Shown piece by piece: positions 10,242-21,042 of a stretch of DNA of 64,000 nucleotides. How positions within the stretch are numbered: the first letter of the stretch is position 1; each line of letters opens with the position of its first letter. This DNA comes from an uncultured Rhabdochlamydiaceae bacterium (GTDB lineage Bacteria > Chlamydiota > Chlamydiia > Chlamydiales > Rhabdochlamydiaceae). The position numbers and the translations under genes were made by a program. Under the pieces are notes generated by a model, which saw nothing but the letters and a program-made list of their open reading frames with translations, searched no databases and was not told where the DNA came from. The DNA is taken from positions 160,001 to 224,000 of the forward strand of contig CAVQHD010000001.1 of the NCBI GenBank assembly GCA_963712275.1. Reading direction: 5' to 3'.

Positions 10242-12537
10242 AGGCACGCTGAAGCAGATCAAAGACCAAGCATCTAAGGGGCTGTTGACATGGAAAGGGA
10301 GAAAAGTCCTTTTCGACCCTTTTCTCCCCCTTGATCTGCTCATCGAGATTGAAGCAAAAGAGCCCTCCCAATTTTCTTTAGCCCCCCTTATGACCGTCGG
10401 CTCTCGAGAAGAGCCCGTTGATCAGTGGGAACCCTTGGCTCCCTTGGGAGCCCTGCAAGGAGGGGTCTTTCGCCTTTGGAAAGATCCTAATATGTTTCGC
10501 TGGGTCCGAAAGATTCAAGCCCTTCCATCATTGATTTCCGCAAAAGAGCTCGACACTTTACTTCAAGAGGACTTCCCCTTTCGCTGGAAGGGAGAAAAGC
10601 CTCGTCTAAAACCTGCACCACTTCCTATTCTAAAGTTGGTTGATCGAACAGGAGGATTTGCCAACCTGCTTCTAGACTACGGAGCCTGGGGAATTGTCGA
10701 TTTTCATTCTAGAGAACAACCTGATGAAGAAAAATACTGGGAAAACGACCTCCTTACGACAGGCTTCAAGAAAAAAATCGTTGGAGCTTCTCACTACTTT
10801 TGCGCCTTAGATCAAGTTGGCCAAACCCTTTCTTTTCTTTTGGATGTCGGTTGGAAAGTCATCGATTATCAAGGAAAAGAGGTCGTGCGCCAGCATCAAA
10901 TCGACTGCAGCGTGAAAGAGCAGGAGAATGTTCTTCTTTTAAGAGGAACCCTTCAATTTGGCCAGCACTCAGCCTCGATTCAAGATGTGATGGGCGCCTT
11001 TGAGCGGCATGAGCGGTGGATTGATCTATCCCCACATCAGGTCGGATTAATTGAACTTCCCCCTGCTTGGGAAGCGCTTATTGAAGAAGAGCGGTCACCT
11101 GAAGGGCTCCGTGTTCGGCAGACACAGATAGGGCTTTTAAGCCAGCTCGATCTTCTCCCTCCTGAATACCGCTTTGCACAGTGGCAAGAGACCCTTCCCT
11201 CCCCTGCTTTTCAAGGCACCTTATTTCCCTATCAACAAAAAGGGGTTGACTGGCTTTCATTCCTCTACCGTACGGGGTGCTCGGGTCTTCTCGCAGATGA
11301 GATGGGGCTTGGGAAAACCGTCCAAATGCTCGCCTTCCTGACACTTCGTGAAGGGCCTGTCTTAATCGTGATGCCGGTAACCCTCCTTTCTCTGTGGAAA
11401 CAACAAATTGAACACTTTTTACCTGGTACCTCTGTTTATATTCACCAGGGCCCGGGACGCGCTCAGTCGCTCAGTGGAAACACCCAAATCATTCTAACTT
11501 CTTATTCGATGCTCCGATCCGACCTTCATCTCTTCACTGAGATCGCCTTCGACACCGTTATTTTGGATGAAGCCCAAATGATTAAAAACAGCACAACGCA
11601 AGTCGCTCAAAGCGTTTATCAACTCAAAAGCCGCTTTCGGCTCGCTCTCACGGGAACACCTCTTGAAAACCGCGTCGAAGAAATCGTCTCGATCTTCCGC
11701 TTTCTTCTTCCAACCCTTTTCAAAGAAAAAGTATCAGCACTCGACACTTTGACTCGGAAAAAAATGAATCCGTTTATTCTACGCAGAACAAAGAAAGAAG
11801 TTGGGCTCGATCTTCCTGAAAAAATTGTCCAAACCATTGGTGTCGATCCATCCGATGAAGAATATGCCCTCTATGAAACACTGCTTCAAACAAGAAAAAC
11901 CCGTCTTCTTCAGCAAATTGCAGAGGAGGGGGGTGCTGCTCATCGAATGGAAATACTCGAGCTCATTTTAAGGCTTCGGCAACACTGCTGCCACCCTCAA
12001 CTTCTCGACCCCTCTTATACAGGCGAGTGTCGAAAATTTGAGCGAGTCTTAAGCGATCTTGAAGAAGTCATCTCATCAGGGCATAAAGTCCTTCTCTATA
12101 GCCAATTTACGTCGATGTTAAAGCTCTTCAGGCAAGCCTGTCAAAACCGAGGATGGAAATGGGTCTATCTCGATGGAACAACCCAGGATCGCAACGAACC
12201 CACCCAGCAGTTCCAAAATGACCCGACGGTTTCGATTTTCTTGATCAGCTTAAAAGCCGGTGGCGTTGGACTCAACCTGCAGGCGGCAGATTATGTTTTT
12301 CTCTATGACCCTTGGTGGAATACCGCTGTTGAACATCAAGCCATTGACCGAGCACACCGGATCGGCCGGAAAGAGACTGTCATTGCGCGAAAATATTTTA
12401 CAACTCAATCGATCGAAGCAAAAATCCTCGATCTTCAATCGAAAAAAGAGGCTCTTACCGAAGAGCTCTGGAGCGAGCAAGGCCTTATTGAGATGCTCCC
12501 TCTTGAGTATGACGAAATTCTGGGTTTTTTTGTCTAG
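10225..12537 (+). CDS. SNF2/SWI2-family helicase-like ATPase
   Basis: LADEMGLGKT, DEAQMIKN, LTGTPLEN, SLKAGGVGLNL, DPWWN, QAIDRAHRIG. Confidence 0.93.
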   Translation: MELLLEGTLKQIKDQASKGLLTWKGRKVLFDPFLPLDLLIEIEAKEPSQFSLAPLMTVGSREEPVDQWEPLAPLGALQGGVFRLWKDPNMFRWVRKIQALPSLISAKELDTLLQEDFPFRWKGEKPRLKPAPLPILKLVDRTGGFANLLLDYGAWGIVDFHSREQPDEEKYWENDLLTTGFKKKIVGASHYFCALDQVGQTLSFLLDVGWKVIDYQGKEVVRQHQIDCSVKEQENVLLLRGTLQFGQHSASIQDVMGAFERHERWIDLSPHQVGLIELPPAWEALIEEERSPEGLRVRQTQIGLLSQLDLLPPEYRFAQWQETLPSPAFQGTLFPYQQKGVDWLSFLYRTGCSGLLADEMGLGKTVQMLAFLTLREGPVLIVMPVTLLSLWKQQIEHFLPGTSVYIHQGPGRAQSLSGNTQIILTSYSMLRSDLHLFTEIAFDTVILDEAQMIKNSTTQVAQSVYQLKSRFRLALTGTPLENRVEEIVSIFRFLLPTLFKEKVSALDTLTRKKMNPFILRRTKKEVGLDLPEKIVQTIGVDPSDEEYALYETLLQTRKTRLLQQIAEEGGAAHRMEILELILRLRQHCCHPQLLDPSYTGECRKFERVLSDLEEVISSGHKVLLYSQFTSMLKLFRQACQNRGWKWVYLDGTTQDRNEPTQQFQNDPTVSIFLISLKAGGVGLNLQAADYVFLYDPWWNTAVEHQAIDRAHRIGRKETVIARKYFTTQSIEAKILDLQSKKEALTEELWSEQGLIEMLPLEYDEILGFFV

Positions 12538-12559
12538 AGGGTCCTTTCCAACCAGCTTA

Positions 12560-13588
12560 TTACTCCATCGGGATGCTCAGCAGATAAAGGCCTACACGTT
12601 GATCTGCCATCACAACCCCCTTCTTTGTGATTAAATAACCCCGCTCCGGCCTATCATTTCTCCATACTTGGTAAATAACTTTTTCATCTTCAATTCCAAT
12701 ATAGATTTCAGCCCCATTCAGCACCTTACAAGATAGTCCAAATAGAACGCCCTCTCCGGCTGGATTTTGAATCGACGAAGAACTCCGTTTAAATAGCTCA
12801 ACCCCTAGATACCAAAATTGATAAACATCTTCCTTTGCACCATCCGCTGTATTCTCTTCCAGGACAGGACTTTCCTCCAAGAGCCGCAGCAGATAAATGT
12901 GTACACGAAAATCTGGTGTGGTGACCCCTTCCTTTGTGATTAAATAACAATCCAATCCCGGCCTACCATTTTCCCATACTTGGCAAACAACTTTTTCATC
13001 TTCAATTCCAACATAGATTTCAGCCCCATTCAGCGCCTTATGAGACATTCTAAATAGAACGCCCTTTCCGGCTGGATTTTGAATCCCCTCAGACATCCCT
13101 TCAAGCATCTCAATTATTAGATGCCAAAATTGATAAACTCCAATCATTCGATGCCGAAATTGATAAACTTTTTGGTCTTCTTTTGACGAGCCTGGCACCA
13201 TCAAGAGTTGTAATTCTTCTTTCGTCACTGAAGAGAGATCTTCTAAAGGACTTGGCGGGAGATGCGGCCCCATTGGAGGATCTACGGTTTCTTTATCAGC
13301 TTTCGTAGGGCGACTAGAAACAACCCATGCAAACAAAGTTAGACAAGCCGAGACGAGCAGATTGGTATGCCACGCAACTTTTTGCCAATGGAGGAGAAGT
13401 ATCGTGGGAACAAAGCTCGTTGCAAAAAAAAAGACCCCCTCCCGTTTTTTTGACGTGATAAGGCAGTCCATATATCGGCGAACAAGCCTTGGAGTTACTG
13501 TCACAACAACAAGAGCAGATGCGCCAATCCAAAGAGAACTCCGCAAAGAAGACTCTGAAGTTAAAAGAAATGAAACCATCTTAACCAT
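12560..13588 (-). CDS. Membrane-anchored hypothetical protein with a tandemly duplicated ~85-aa domain
   Basis: Hydrophobic N-terminal segments; two VYQFW...IQNPAG.GVLF...LNGAEIY.GIEDEKV...YLITK.GV repeats. Confidence 0.75.
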   Translation of the reverse strand: MVKMVSFLLTSESSLRSSLWIGASALVVVTVTPRLVRRYMDCLITSKKREGVFFFATSFVPTILLLHWQKVAWHTNLLVSACLTLFAWVVSSRPTKADKETVDPPMGPHLPPSPLEDLSSVTKEELQLLMVPGSSKEDQKVYQFRHRMIGVYQFWHLIIEMLEGMSEGIQNPAGKGVLFRMSHKALNGAEIYVGIEDEKVVCQVWENGRPGLDCYLITKEGVTTPDFRVHIYLLRLLEESPVLEENTADGAKEDVYQFWYLGVELFKRSSSSIQNPAGEGVLFGLSCKVLNGAEIYIGIEDEKVIYQVWRNDRPERGYLITKKGVVMADQRVGLYLLSIPME

Positions 13589-13676
13589 TTAAGGAAAAAT
13601 TATATCATGCTTCATCAATAAAGTCAGCTAAAATAAATTTTATGCCAATTCTCAGAATATATTAGGCACTTACATT

Positions 13677-13701
13677 GAAATCTGAATCCGTAGACAGCTT
13701 C
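13677..13701. repeat. Solo end of MITE family A variant
   Basis: GAAATCTGAATCCGTAGACAGCTTC followed by TAA; reverse complement matches the variant at 34474. Confidence 0.65.
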
Positions 13702-13877
13702 TAAGCTTCGGAAAGACCTTATTTTCTCCTAACTAGTTGATATTCATAGTTATAACACTCTTCAGAGTTTTGTTTCTTGGCAATAAACAATTTATTTTAG
13801 CCAATGGAATATTAGTATACTAAAATATTTAATATATGATAAAATACATTAAGTAAATAATAAAAAGGTATAATAAT

Positions 13878-15470
13878 ATGACAACATTAATTGGTGATTA
13901 TAATGAAAAATCAAATACAATAGACAATCTTCCTCAAGCCTCTGAGAATCAGGTAAATCCATTCCTCTATCCTTCTGAAAGCCTAAAACAATACGACGAA
14001 ATGACCACTCCTCGAGATGTCGCAGGGGAACGAAGCCTTAAGTCGATTGAAAAAGAGAAAGCAGCTTCTCAGGAATTGACTAAAAAACTCGCTTGCGTGA
14101 CAGATCAAGAAATCAAAGAGCTTCTTGATGTCATTGATACTCTAGACCTTAGAAATGCCCCAAAAGATTCGGTCCTTTTCAGCCAAAAACTCCCCCACAT
14201 TGCACTAGAGACTTTACGAAGAGGCTTACTAGACCCTCAGCATGGACAAAAACAGGTGGCTACAATACTCAACTTCTGGGCTGCTCTTCAATACCATCAA
14301 AACTCTTCGGATCTTGAAACGGTTTCAGTTTTTAGCTCCAAAGCGGAAAAATTGATGAAAATGACGTTCATGCATCCGACAGAGCCTTCCATCGATCCCT
14401 TTCTTGAAGGGGATAAATTCGACCTCTTCATGAAAAAAATGAGATCTCTTCCTCCGTCTGAACAACGATTCCTCCTCGTTCCAGATATCCAAGGTGACGA
14501 TTCTATAGATGTCATCGCTGCCCTAAACGGCGGAGACCCTTTCAAAGCCTCCATTTCACAAGCGACCAATGAGACAGGCATTAATGTTTTTAATCGATTG
14601 ACCTATCAAGAAATGCCTATGCGAATCATTCCTTCTAATGGAATGATGCAGGCATTTTTAGATGCTCAATACGGGGAAGACGCCGTTGAAATCAAACCTC
14701 GCGTTTACCTTTCAACCCTCCGACATATCTATGATAACCGCCTCACCAATACCTGCGATATGATGGTGCCAACTCCCGATGATAAAGGAAAAAGTCGATG
14801 CCCTAGTACTGCTGATGGCTTCCAAGCTCCCTGGTACGATTTTCCTTATCACGATTTTTATCATGCTATTGCCACATCAGCTGTAGGGCAAACCTATAGA
14901 AAAATAGGGATTATTGCATCAGATGCCATACGCACCTATGCAAAAACAGCCCCTGCTGAAGATCAAAAGGGACTAGGCCAACTTGCTGTGATGATGGTTG
15001 ACATGGATTACCCTTTCTTTCTCCACTTTTTTAACCACTTAGGATTTTCTCAAGAAGGGATTTTTTGGTTAACAATCAACCAACAAATTTTACAACAAAA
15101 ATTAAAATACAAAAACCATGAGACACTCAAACAACTAGGTATTACCCCTCCCTATCGAGTAGATCTTATTTCAGAAGAAAGCGAGTTAGGGGTATTTAAC
15201 GCACTTTATCATACTTTTGTTTATGAGCAGCAAGGTTCTTCTGAGCTCAACAAAGAGAGCTTCATAGAGGTTGTAACAAGTTACAAAAGTCAGCTAGAAG
15301 AGTTATTAGAAGAAGATGATGAAGAAAACACTGCAACGCTGCTTTCTCGACCTATTGTACGACTGGGAATAAAGCTAGGAATGATTGATTTAACTTCTCC
15401 TGGGCAGCAGCCATCATTAGATGATGAACATTTTTCCTACGATGAGGTCTATTCTGTCTTTTCATCATGA
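13878..15470 (+). CDS. Hypothetical protein with acidic tail
   Basis: 530-aa ORF after an AT-rich promoter region; HDFYH motif; no family recognised. Confidence 0.75.
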   Translation: MTTLIGDYNEKSNTIDNLPQASENQVNPFLYPSESLKQYDEMTTPRDVAGERSLKSIEKEKAASQELTKKLACVTDQEIKELLDVIDTLDLRNAPKDSVLFSQKLPHIALETLRRGLLDPQHGQKQVATILNFWAALQYHQNSSDLETVSVFSSKAEKLMKMTFMHPTEPSIDPFLEGDKFDLFMKKMRSLPPSEQRFLLVPDIQGDDSIDVIAALNGGDPFKASISQATNETGINVFNRLTYQEMPMRIIPSNGMMQAFLDAQYGEDAVEIKPRVYLSTLRHIYDNRLTNTCDMMVPTPDDKGKSRCPSTADGFQAPWYDFPYHDFYHAIATSAVGQTYRKIGIIASDAIRTYAKTAPAEDQKGLGQLAVMMVDMDYPFFLHFFNHLGFSQEGIFWLTINQQILQQKLKYKNHETLKQLGITPPYRVDLISEESELGVFNALYHTFVYEQQGSSELNKESFIEVVTSYKSQLEELLEEDDEENTATLLSRPIVRLGIKLGMIDLTSPGQQPSLDDEHFSYDEVYSVFSS

Positions 15471-15637
15471 GGGTGTTCTTCTTCAAGGAGCTCCTGGGCT
15501 GCCGTTTTAAGGGTTGCAAGTCCCTTTTCAAACCCAACTTGCTTAAGAAGTTGATCTAAATAGCTAATTTCCGTAAGCAGCTGATCATTAACTGTTTCTA
15601 GCTCTGAGATCCTTTTTAACATCTGTTCTTTATCCAT
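15449..15637 (-). CDS. Small coiled-coil hypothetical protein
   Basis: 62-aa ORF with GGTG SD-like motif and heptad pattern. Confidence 0.7.
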   Translation of the reverse strand: MDKEQMLKRISELETVNDQLLTEISYLDQLLKQVGFEKGLATLKTAAQELLEEEHPHDEKTE

Positions 15638-15661
15638 ATTTTCACCATCCTATAATTGATG

Positions 15662-15717
15662 GAGGTAGCTCGCAAAACTCCGATTTTGGGCCAAATCGGA
15701 GTTTTGCGAGCTGCCTC
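15662..15717. repeat. 56-bp palindrome made of two IS-like terminal repeats
   Basis: GAGGTAGCTCGCAAAACTCCGATTT / AAATCGGAGTTTTGCGAGCTGCCTC; resembles the TIR of the IS at 57423. Confidence 0.75.
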
Positions 15718-15757
15718 GATAATTATAAACATGCAAGATCTATGCCTTTAAAGAATC

Positions 15758-16222
15758 CTAGGAAAGAAGAGGGGTAACTGCTTCAAACTGGAGGAGCTCA
15801 TGCTTGATACGGGGGTCGGGAGTAAAGGCGCCAAAGCCTCCTGTTTTGGGAATAACGCGATGGCAAGGGATGAGAAGAGGGAAGAGATTCCCCCGGCAGA
15901 AATTGCCGATGGCTCGGGCGGCCTTTGGATGGCCAATCGCCTCCGCAATGTCTTGATAGGTAACGGTTGTCCCTAGGGGAACCGCTTGAAGAAACGAAGC
16001 TGCCCTCCGAGCAAAGGGTGTTTTAGGCAGCGGAAGGGGAAATGGCATCCATTTTCTTTTAGCATAACCCTCCAAGTAAGGAAGAAGAACATTCTGAAGA
16101 GTCTTTGAAGGACACTCTAAAGTAAATGCAGAAGACAAAGAGAGGGTAATACGAATCATCATATCACCTTGAAGATGAACTTTGATACCTACTCTAGGAA
16201 AAGAGGAGATCAATTCTCCCAA
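15758..16222 (-). CDS. ogt: Methylated-DNA--protein-cysteine methyltransferase
   Basis: VPLGTTVTYQDIA, AARAIG, IPCHRV active-site motif. Confidence 0.92.
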   Translation of the reverse strand: MGELISSFPRVGIKVHLQGDMMIRITLSLSSAFTLECPSKTLQNVLLPYLEGYAKRKWMPFPLPLPKTPFARRAASFLQAVPLGTTVTYQDIAEAIGHPKAARAIGNFCRGNLFPLLIPCHRVIPKTGGFGAFTPDPRIKHELLQFEAVTPLLS

Positions 16223-17223
16223 CTGATTTGTCCAATCATTTGATCAAGTCGGTTGAGCTCTTTCCATTTAGATTCGGAGACGAGATCCCCATCGTAAAAG
16301 TATTCGACCTGGGCAATCCCGTCAACATAGTACTTGGAAGGACCATGCCGATGATCATTTTCCCAAAGGATCTCTTGAGCAACTGCTTCTCCATCAAGAT
16401 AGTGAATTTCAAGACCGTTTTTCATTCCATCTAAGTAGTGAACTTCAACGGAGCGGGCTCCATTTTTATAAAATGTTGTTTTCCCGTGCAGCTTTCCATT
16501 AATGTATTCTTTGACAGCTAAAGGTTCTCCGTTTTCTGCAAAACTTTTTTTCTCTCCATGGAGAAGACCTTTCATAAAAAAGGCAATGCTTTCGGGGGCT
16601 CCGCTGCCGTAGAAAGTCGCTCTTCTGGAGATTTGCCCTTCGTCGATTTCCTCTTTGGCAAGCAAAATCCCTTGAATGTCTCGAATGACTCGCTCCCCTT
16701 TCCCTTTTTCAACTCGAGCCTCAATCTCATTTTGTCGATTAAAGTATTGCCCTTCAACAAGCTCGACTCCAGCATACTCCTCTGTTGACATCGGTGTTCC
16801 ATCGGTATACCACTTTGTCGATGCAAAACGAGATGGAGAGAGCTGCACCTCTTCACGTAGGGGCATTCCATAAATGTCGTACAAAATTTGTTTAACAAGA
16901 TTCCCTTGATTATAAAGATAGTAGGCTTCTACGGTCTGGCTATTTGGAAATGTATGCGTTGTAGGTCCATGCAAGACACCATCTTCATAAGTGGAAGTGA
17001 TGGTAACACCTGTTTTCAAAAAGGTAATCGCTTGCCCTGGATATTTTTTCTTTTTAAATTCATCTTTAGAGACTGCATATCCATATTTGTGAACATAACG
17101 TTCAGAAACAACGTTGTTTTCTTTTTCATTTTTATAGCAACCCGTCAGCAATACGATGCAGCATCCCACGATGGCAAAAACAAAGCGATGCATGAAAAAC
17201 CTTCCTGTCATAAACTCCATCAT
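16210..17223 (-). CDS. MORN-variant repeat lipoprotein (YwqK-like)
   Basis: Lipobox LLTGC; repeated GxLHG...YxNG units; position between pheT and ogt as in Chlamydia. Confidence 0.85.
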   Translation of the reverse strand: MMEFMTGRFFMHRFVFAIVGCCIVLLTGCYKNEKENNVVSERYVHKYGYAVSKDEFKKKKYPGQAITFLKTGVTITSTYEDGVLHGPTTHTFPNSQTVEAYYLYNQGNLVKQILYDIYGMPLREEVQLSPSRFASTKWYTDGTPMSTEEYAGVELVEGQYFNRQNEIEARVEKGKGERVIRDIQGILLAKEEIDEGQISRRATFYGSGAPESIAFFMKGLLHGEKKSFAENGEPLAVKEYINGKLHGKTTFYKNGARSVEVHYLDGMKNGLEIHYLDGEAVAQEILWENDHRHGPSKYYVDGIAQVEYFYDGDLVSESKWKELNRLDQMIGQISWEN

Positions 17224-19598
17224 ACGAGATTGCTCAACTTTTCCGCCACAGAATGTATTAGTTTACGGTGTTCTTCATGGACTGTCTCATCTGTGATCGT
17301 TTTATGCCGATCTCGATAGATGAACCGAAAAGTCACATTTTTTTGATCAGAGCCCAGCTCAGCGCTGGTGAATGAATCGATCATTTCAAAGGACTCCATA
17401 TGAGGGGAAGCAGACGATTGAATCAAAGAGGCCAGTGTCGCGTAAGAATGATAATTGGATACCGTCACCGTCCAATCCCTTGAAGAGGAAGGGTAAGTCG
17501 CAAGAGGTTGGAACCGAAATGGTTTTTTCTTAAGTTCAAGAATGTCATTTAGATTCAGTTCAGCAAAAAAAAGTCGTCCCTGAAGGTGGGATTTGAGGAC
17601 AATGTCAGGATGAATTTCTCCAAAAACCCCGATCAGAACATCGCCTACCTTTACTTGGGCTTGTCTCCAAGGATGAAGGGTGTGGAGATTAGAAGAAGCA
17701 TATTGAACTTCTTTAAGTTGAAGGGCTGAGGCGAAATTTTCAATGATTCCTTTGAGATCAAAAAAATCAAACAGCTGAGGCTTGCGATCAAAGTGAGGGT
17801 GCCTTGAAAATCCTGTGAGAAGAATGGCTGCACAAGAAGGCTCCTCAATGATATCCCCTTCCCGAAAATGGATTCTCCCAATTTCAAAGAGTGATAAATC
17901 GTGATGTTGGTGATTAAAATTATGGCCTACGACTTTTAAAAGCCCGGGAAGCAAGGAGGTTCGAAGTACCGATTGATCCATCGAGCGAGGATGAAGAACG
18001 CGAAGAGTCGATGCATCAGGAAGGTGTCTTTCCACCGCTTGTTCATGCTCTGCAGGACTGATCAGATCGCAGGTGATGCACTCTTGAAGTCCCTCTTTGA
18101 GCAAGATTTCTCGCGCTTTTGTTTCGAGAAGAAACAAAGGAGCATCTGTGAGCGCCCCAGAAGAATAAACAGGACAATGCTTTGGAATCTTTCCATATCC
18201 ATAGAGACGAGCAACCTCCTCGATGAGATCCACCTCGATTTTCAAATCATTCCGATAAGAAGGAACTGTTACATAAAGCCCTTCTTCACCTTGGACAACG
18301 TTCATCTCCAGACGCTCAAAAATAGAGAGGATTTCACCCAGGCTTAAAGAAATTCCTAAGATTTGCTCTATGCGCGAAGGACGGCATGTGATTGTTCGTG
18401 CCTCTTTGCGGCGAGGATATTTATCCATAATCGGATGAACCTCTCCTCCTCCAACCATGCAAATCAATTCTGCAATCCGGTCGAGAACTCGAGGAGTACT
18501 TGCTTCATCAATTCCTCGAGCAAAACGGCTTGACGCATCGGTCTTTAAGTCCAGAAGCCGGCTCGATTTTCGAATCGTCTGCGGGTTAAAGGAGGCTGCT
18601 TCAATTAAAATATTCTGAGTCGTAGTCGTGACCGCAGAGGAAAGCCCCCCCATGATCCCTGCAAGCGACAAAGGGCCCTTTTGATCGCAGATTAAAAGGG
18701 TTTGCGCAGGGATTTCACGCGTAGATCTGTCAAGGGTTTGAAACTGAAAAGAAGCAGGGGCTTGCTTAATAGCAATAGAACCCTCGATTTTATCTAAGTC
18801 GAAAATATGCCCCCCATGCCCCAGCTCCAGCATCACATAATTGGAAATATCAACAATTGTATTGATGGAGCGAAGTCCACACTGAGTAAGCCTCTGCTGA
18901 AGCCAGGCAGGAGAAGGACCCACTTGAACCCCACGCATGATGCGACATGAAAATCGCGGGCATTCCTCCTGGTTTTCAATTTGAACATCGATCTTCTCGT
19001 TTCCAGCAACTTGAACCTTCGGCTCTACAAGATGGAGCTTGAGATTAAGTGAAGCAGCTAGCTCCCTTGCAACGCCAAGAACGCTTTGACAGTGGCCTAA
19101 ATTTGGGGTGAGAGAAAGGTCGAAAATGGGATCAAGGACAACAGCTCTCACATCAGTACCCAAAGGAATATCTGAAGATAGCTCCACAATCCCTTCATGA
19201 TCATCTGATAACTTGAGTTCTTTGGAAGAGCAGAGCATCCCCTCCGACTCGACATCGCGGATTTTGCTTTTTTTAATCTTCCATATTTTTCCATCATCAT
19301 CTGTCAGGTGTGCGCCAACCCGCGCAAAGGCAACCTTGATCCCTTCACGGCAATTCGGCGCTCCGCACACCACTCGATATTCTCCCTCTCCATCGGTCAC
19401 TTTGGCAACCCGGAGTCGATCGGCATTGGGGTGTTTCTCTGCGGACAAAACTTTTCCAACTACTATTCCCTCAAAAGTCGCCTCATGCCCTGTGATTGCT
19501 TCGACTTCAATCCCTAAATTGGTGAGGCTGCAGGCAATTTCTTGCGCTGTTTGAGTGAGAGGAATAAACTGTTTTAACCACGAGAGCGGGACTTTCAT
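17220..19598 (-). CDS. pheT: Phenylalanine--tRNA ligase beta subunit
   Basis: MKVPLSWLK, KHPNADRL, VCGAPN, SEGMLCS, DLIEEVARLYGY, LRTSLLPGLL. Confidence 0.97.
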   Translation of the reverse strand: MKVPLSWLKQFIPLTQTAQEIACSLTNLGIEVEAITGHEATFEGIVVGKVLSAEKHPNADRLRVAKVTDGEGEYRVVCGAPNCREGIKVAFARVGAHLTDDDGKIWKIKKSKIRDVESEGMLCSSKELKLSDDHEGIVELSSDIPLGTDVRAVVLDPIFDLSLTPNLGHCQSVLGVARELAASLNLKLHLVEPKVQVAGNEKIDVQIENQEECPRFSCRIMRGVQVGPSPAWLQQRLTQCGLRSINTIVDISNYVMLELGHGGHIFDLDKIEGSIAIKQAPASFQFQTLDRSTREIPAQTLLICDQKGPLSLAGIMGGLSSAVTTTTQNILIEAASFNPQTIRKSSRLLDLKTDASSRFARGIDEASTPRVLDRIAELICMVGGGEVHPIMDKYPRRKEARTITCRPSRIEQILGISLSLGEILSIFERLEMNVVQGEEGLYVTVPSYRNDLKIEVDLIEEVARLYGYGKIPKHCPVYSSGALTDAPLFLLETKAREILLKEGLQECITCDLISPAEHEQAVERHLPDASTLRVLHPRSMDQSVLRTSLLPGLLKVVGHNFNHQHHDLSLFEIGRIHFREGDIIEEPSCAAILLTGFSRHPHFDRKPQLFDFFDLKGIIENFASALQLKEVQYASSNLHTLHPWRQAQVKVGDVLIGVFGEIHPDIVLKSHLQGRLFFAELNLNDILELKKKPFRFQPLATYPSSSRDWTVTVSNYHSYATLASLIQSSASPHMESFEMIDSFTSAELGSDQKNVTFRFIYRDRHKTITDETVHEEHRKLIHSVAEKLSNLV

Positions 19599-19645
19599 TT
19601 AACAATCCTTCAGTGTAGAATAGTTAAAGGATATCACAATTAAAC

Positions 19646-20908
19646 ATGCTTATGCAACATCCGCCGTCAGATCCATGGGAGAAAAAAAGCCGTTTTCTAA
19701 CTCAGCTTTTGATTTGGAGCGGAGCACTCAATATCGGCCTTCTCTCTTCCCTGATTTACCTCGTATTTCGAGAGCGGCCTGAAGCGATTCCCTTTGAACT
19801 GCCACCTGTTTCCCATGAGTGGACTCAGGCGACGAATCAAGAAATTCTAACTACTTTTGCCACCCTCTCATGGGGAGAACTTGTCGCCTATTTGGACAAT
19901 CGAGACGTTGCGCAGGAAGGGTATAAAAAACGGGATCTTGCACTGGCAAGCTTAGTTGCTTTTCATGGCCTTGATATTGACAAAGCCCTTCAAGGAACTT
20001 GGATCCAAAAACGGTCGATTGTATTTGCACGGAAAGAGGGGCCTGAAGAAATTACTTTAACTCTCTACCCAGGCTTAACCGAAGATCAGTTCCAAGCAGT
20101 CATTCGATTCATTCAAACGGAAAAATTCCCTTTAACTGCCCAAGGCCTTTTCTACGAGCTTCAGCATACCCTGCCCCCTCGGGAAGCAGCCTTACTAGAA
20201 GCGTTTTACTTAACTCCAGAATTTAGCTCCATTCAGACCCTTTGCGAGCGGTGCGGCGTCAACCTTCCCCGCGAGTTTTTGATAGAACTGATCACTCAAG
20301 GCGAGTGGAAAGTCTTGCATCAATTTACACAGGAGCAAAAACAAGGGCTTGATCTAACTCCTGAACGTTTAAAAAAACTTCTACTCACCTATACTCGCCA
20401 TCGATCGACTTTTGCCGCCAAGCTCTTGCTCCACTGGAACCCAGAATTTTTACTCAAACGGCTTGAAGACCCAGATTTAATCGCCTTTCTCGATCTATTC
20501 AAGGAGCCGTCCCCTCCTCTTGACTCTCTGTTGAAAGAACTGATCACAAGCCCCCGATCCGACGCCGTCTGGAAAAAAGCGGCAGAGTGCCTTTATCTCT
20601 TTGCTCAAATACCGCTTCCCGATCCCTATGATCATCGCATGACGCTCACCACTTTTGCCGGCGCTTCGTTTCCCGCTCCTCCCAAGCCCATTCCCAAACC
20701 CATTCAGGAAGAGCCCCCTCCATCCAAACAAGCGCCTTTAAAACACACGATCCAGCGGGGAGACAATCTTTGGAAAATTGCTAGGCGGTATAAAGTCTCG
20801 ATTCAAGCTCTTCGTGAGGCAAACCACCTTGAATCCGATAAGCTCCGCGAAGGGAAAACGCTTCTTATTCCAGCTAAGGGCCCGTCAATGAATAACTTCC
20901 CATCTTAA
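19646..20908 (+). CDS. Membrane-anchored LysM-domain protein
   Basis: N-terminal TM; C-terminal HTIQRGDNLWKIARRYKVS...LLIP LysM; last residues are encoded by the palindromic element. Confidence 0.88.
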   Translation: MLMQHPPSDPWEKKSRFLTQLLIWSGALNIGLLSSLIYLVFRERPEAIPFELPPVSHEWTQATNQEILTTFATLSWGELVAYLDNRDVAQEGYKKRDLALASLVAFHGLDIDKALQGTWIQKRSIVFARKEGPEEITLTLYPGLTEDQFQAVIRFIQTEKFPLTAQGLFYELQHTLPPREAALLEAFYLTPEFSSIQTLCERCGVNLPREFLIELITQGEWKVLHQFTQEQKQGLDLTPERLKKLLLTYTRHRSTFAAKLLLHWNPEFLLKRLEDPDLIAFLDLFKEPSPPLDSLLKELITSPRSDAVWKKAAECLYLFAQIPLPDPYDHRMTLTTFAGASFPAPPKPIPKPIQEEPPPSKQAPLKHTIQRGDNLWKIARRYKVSIQALREANHLESDKLREGKTLLIPAKGPSMNNFPS

Positions 20909-21042
20909 ACCGCGCGAAAGTTCCCGCGATTGAGTTGTCGGAGAGGGGGGGTGTATTCATCGATACTTCCCCCCTCTCCGACAACTCAATCGCGGGAACT
21001 TTCGCGCGATTTAAGATGAGGAAGTTATTCATTGACGGGCCC
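20878..21042. mobile_element. Palindromic MITE family B (165 bp)
   Basis: Near-perfect palindrome GGGCCCGTCAATGAATAACTTCC...GGAAGTTATTCATTGACGGGCCC; TAA duplicated at 20875-20877 and 21043-21045. Confidence 0.88.

Noticed and set aside
10225..12537. SNF2 helicase as part of a defence system
   Set aside because: No methylase or nuclease partners nearby; SNF2 proteins are ordinary in chlamydiae.
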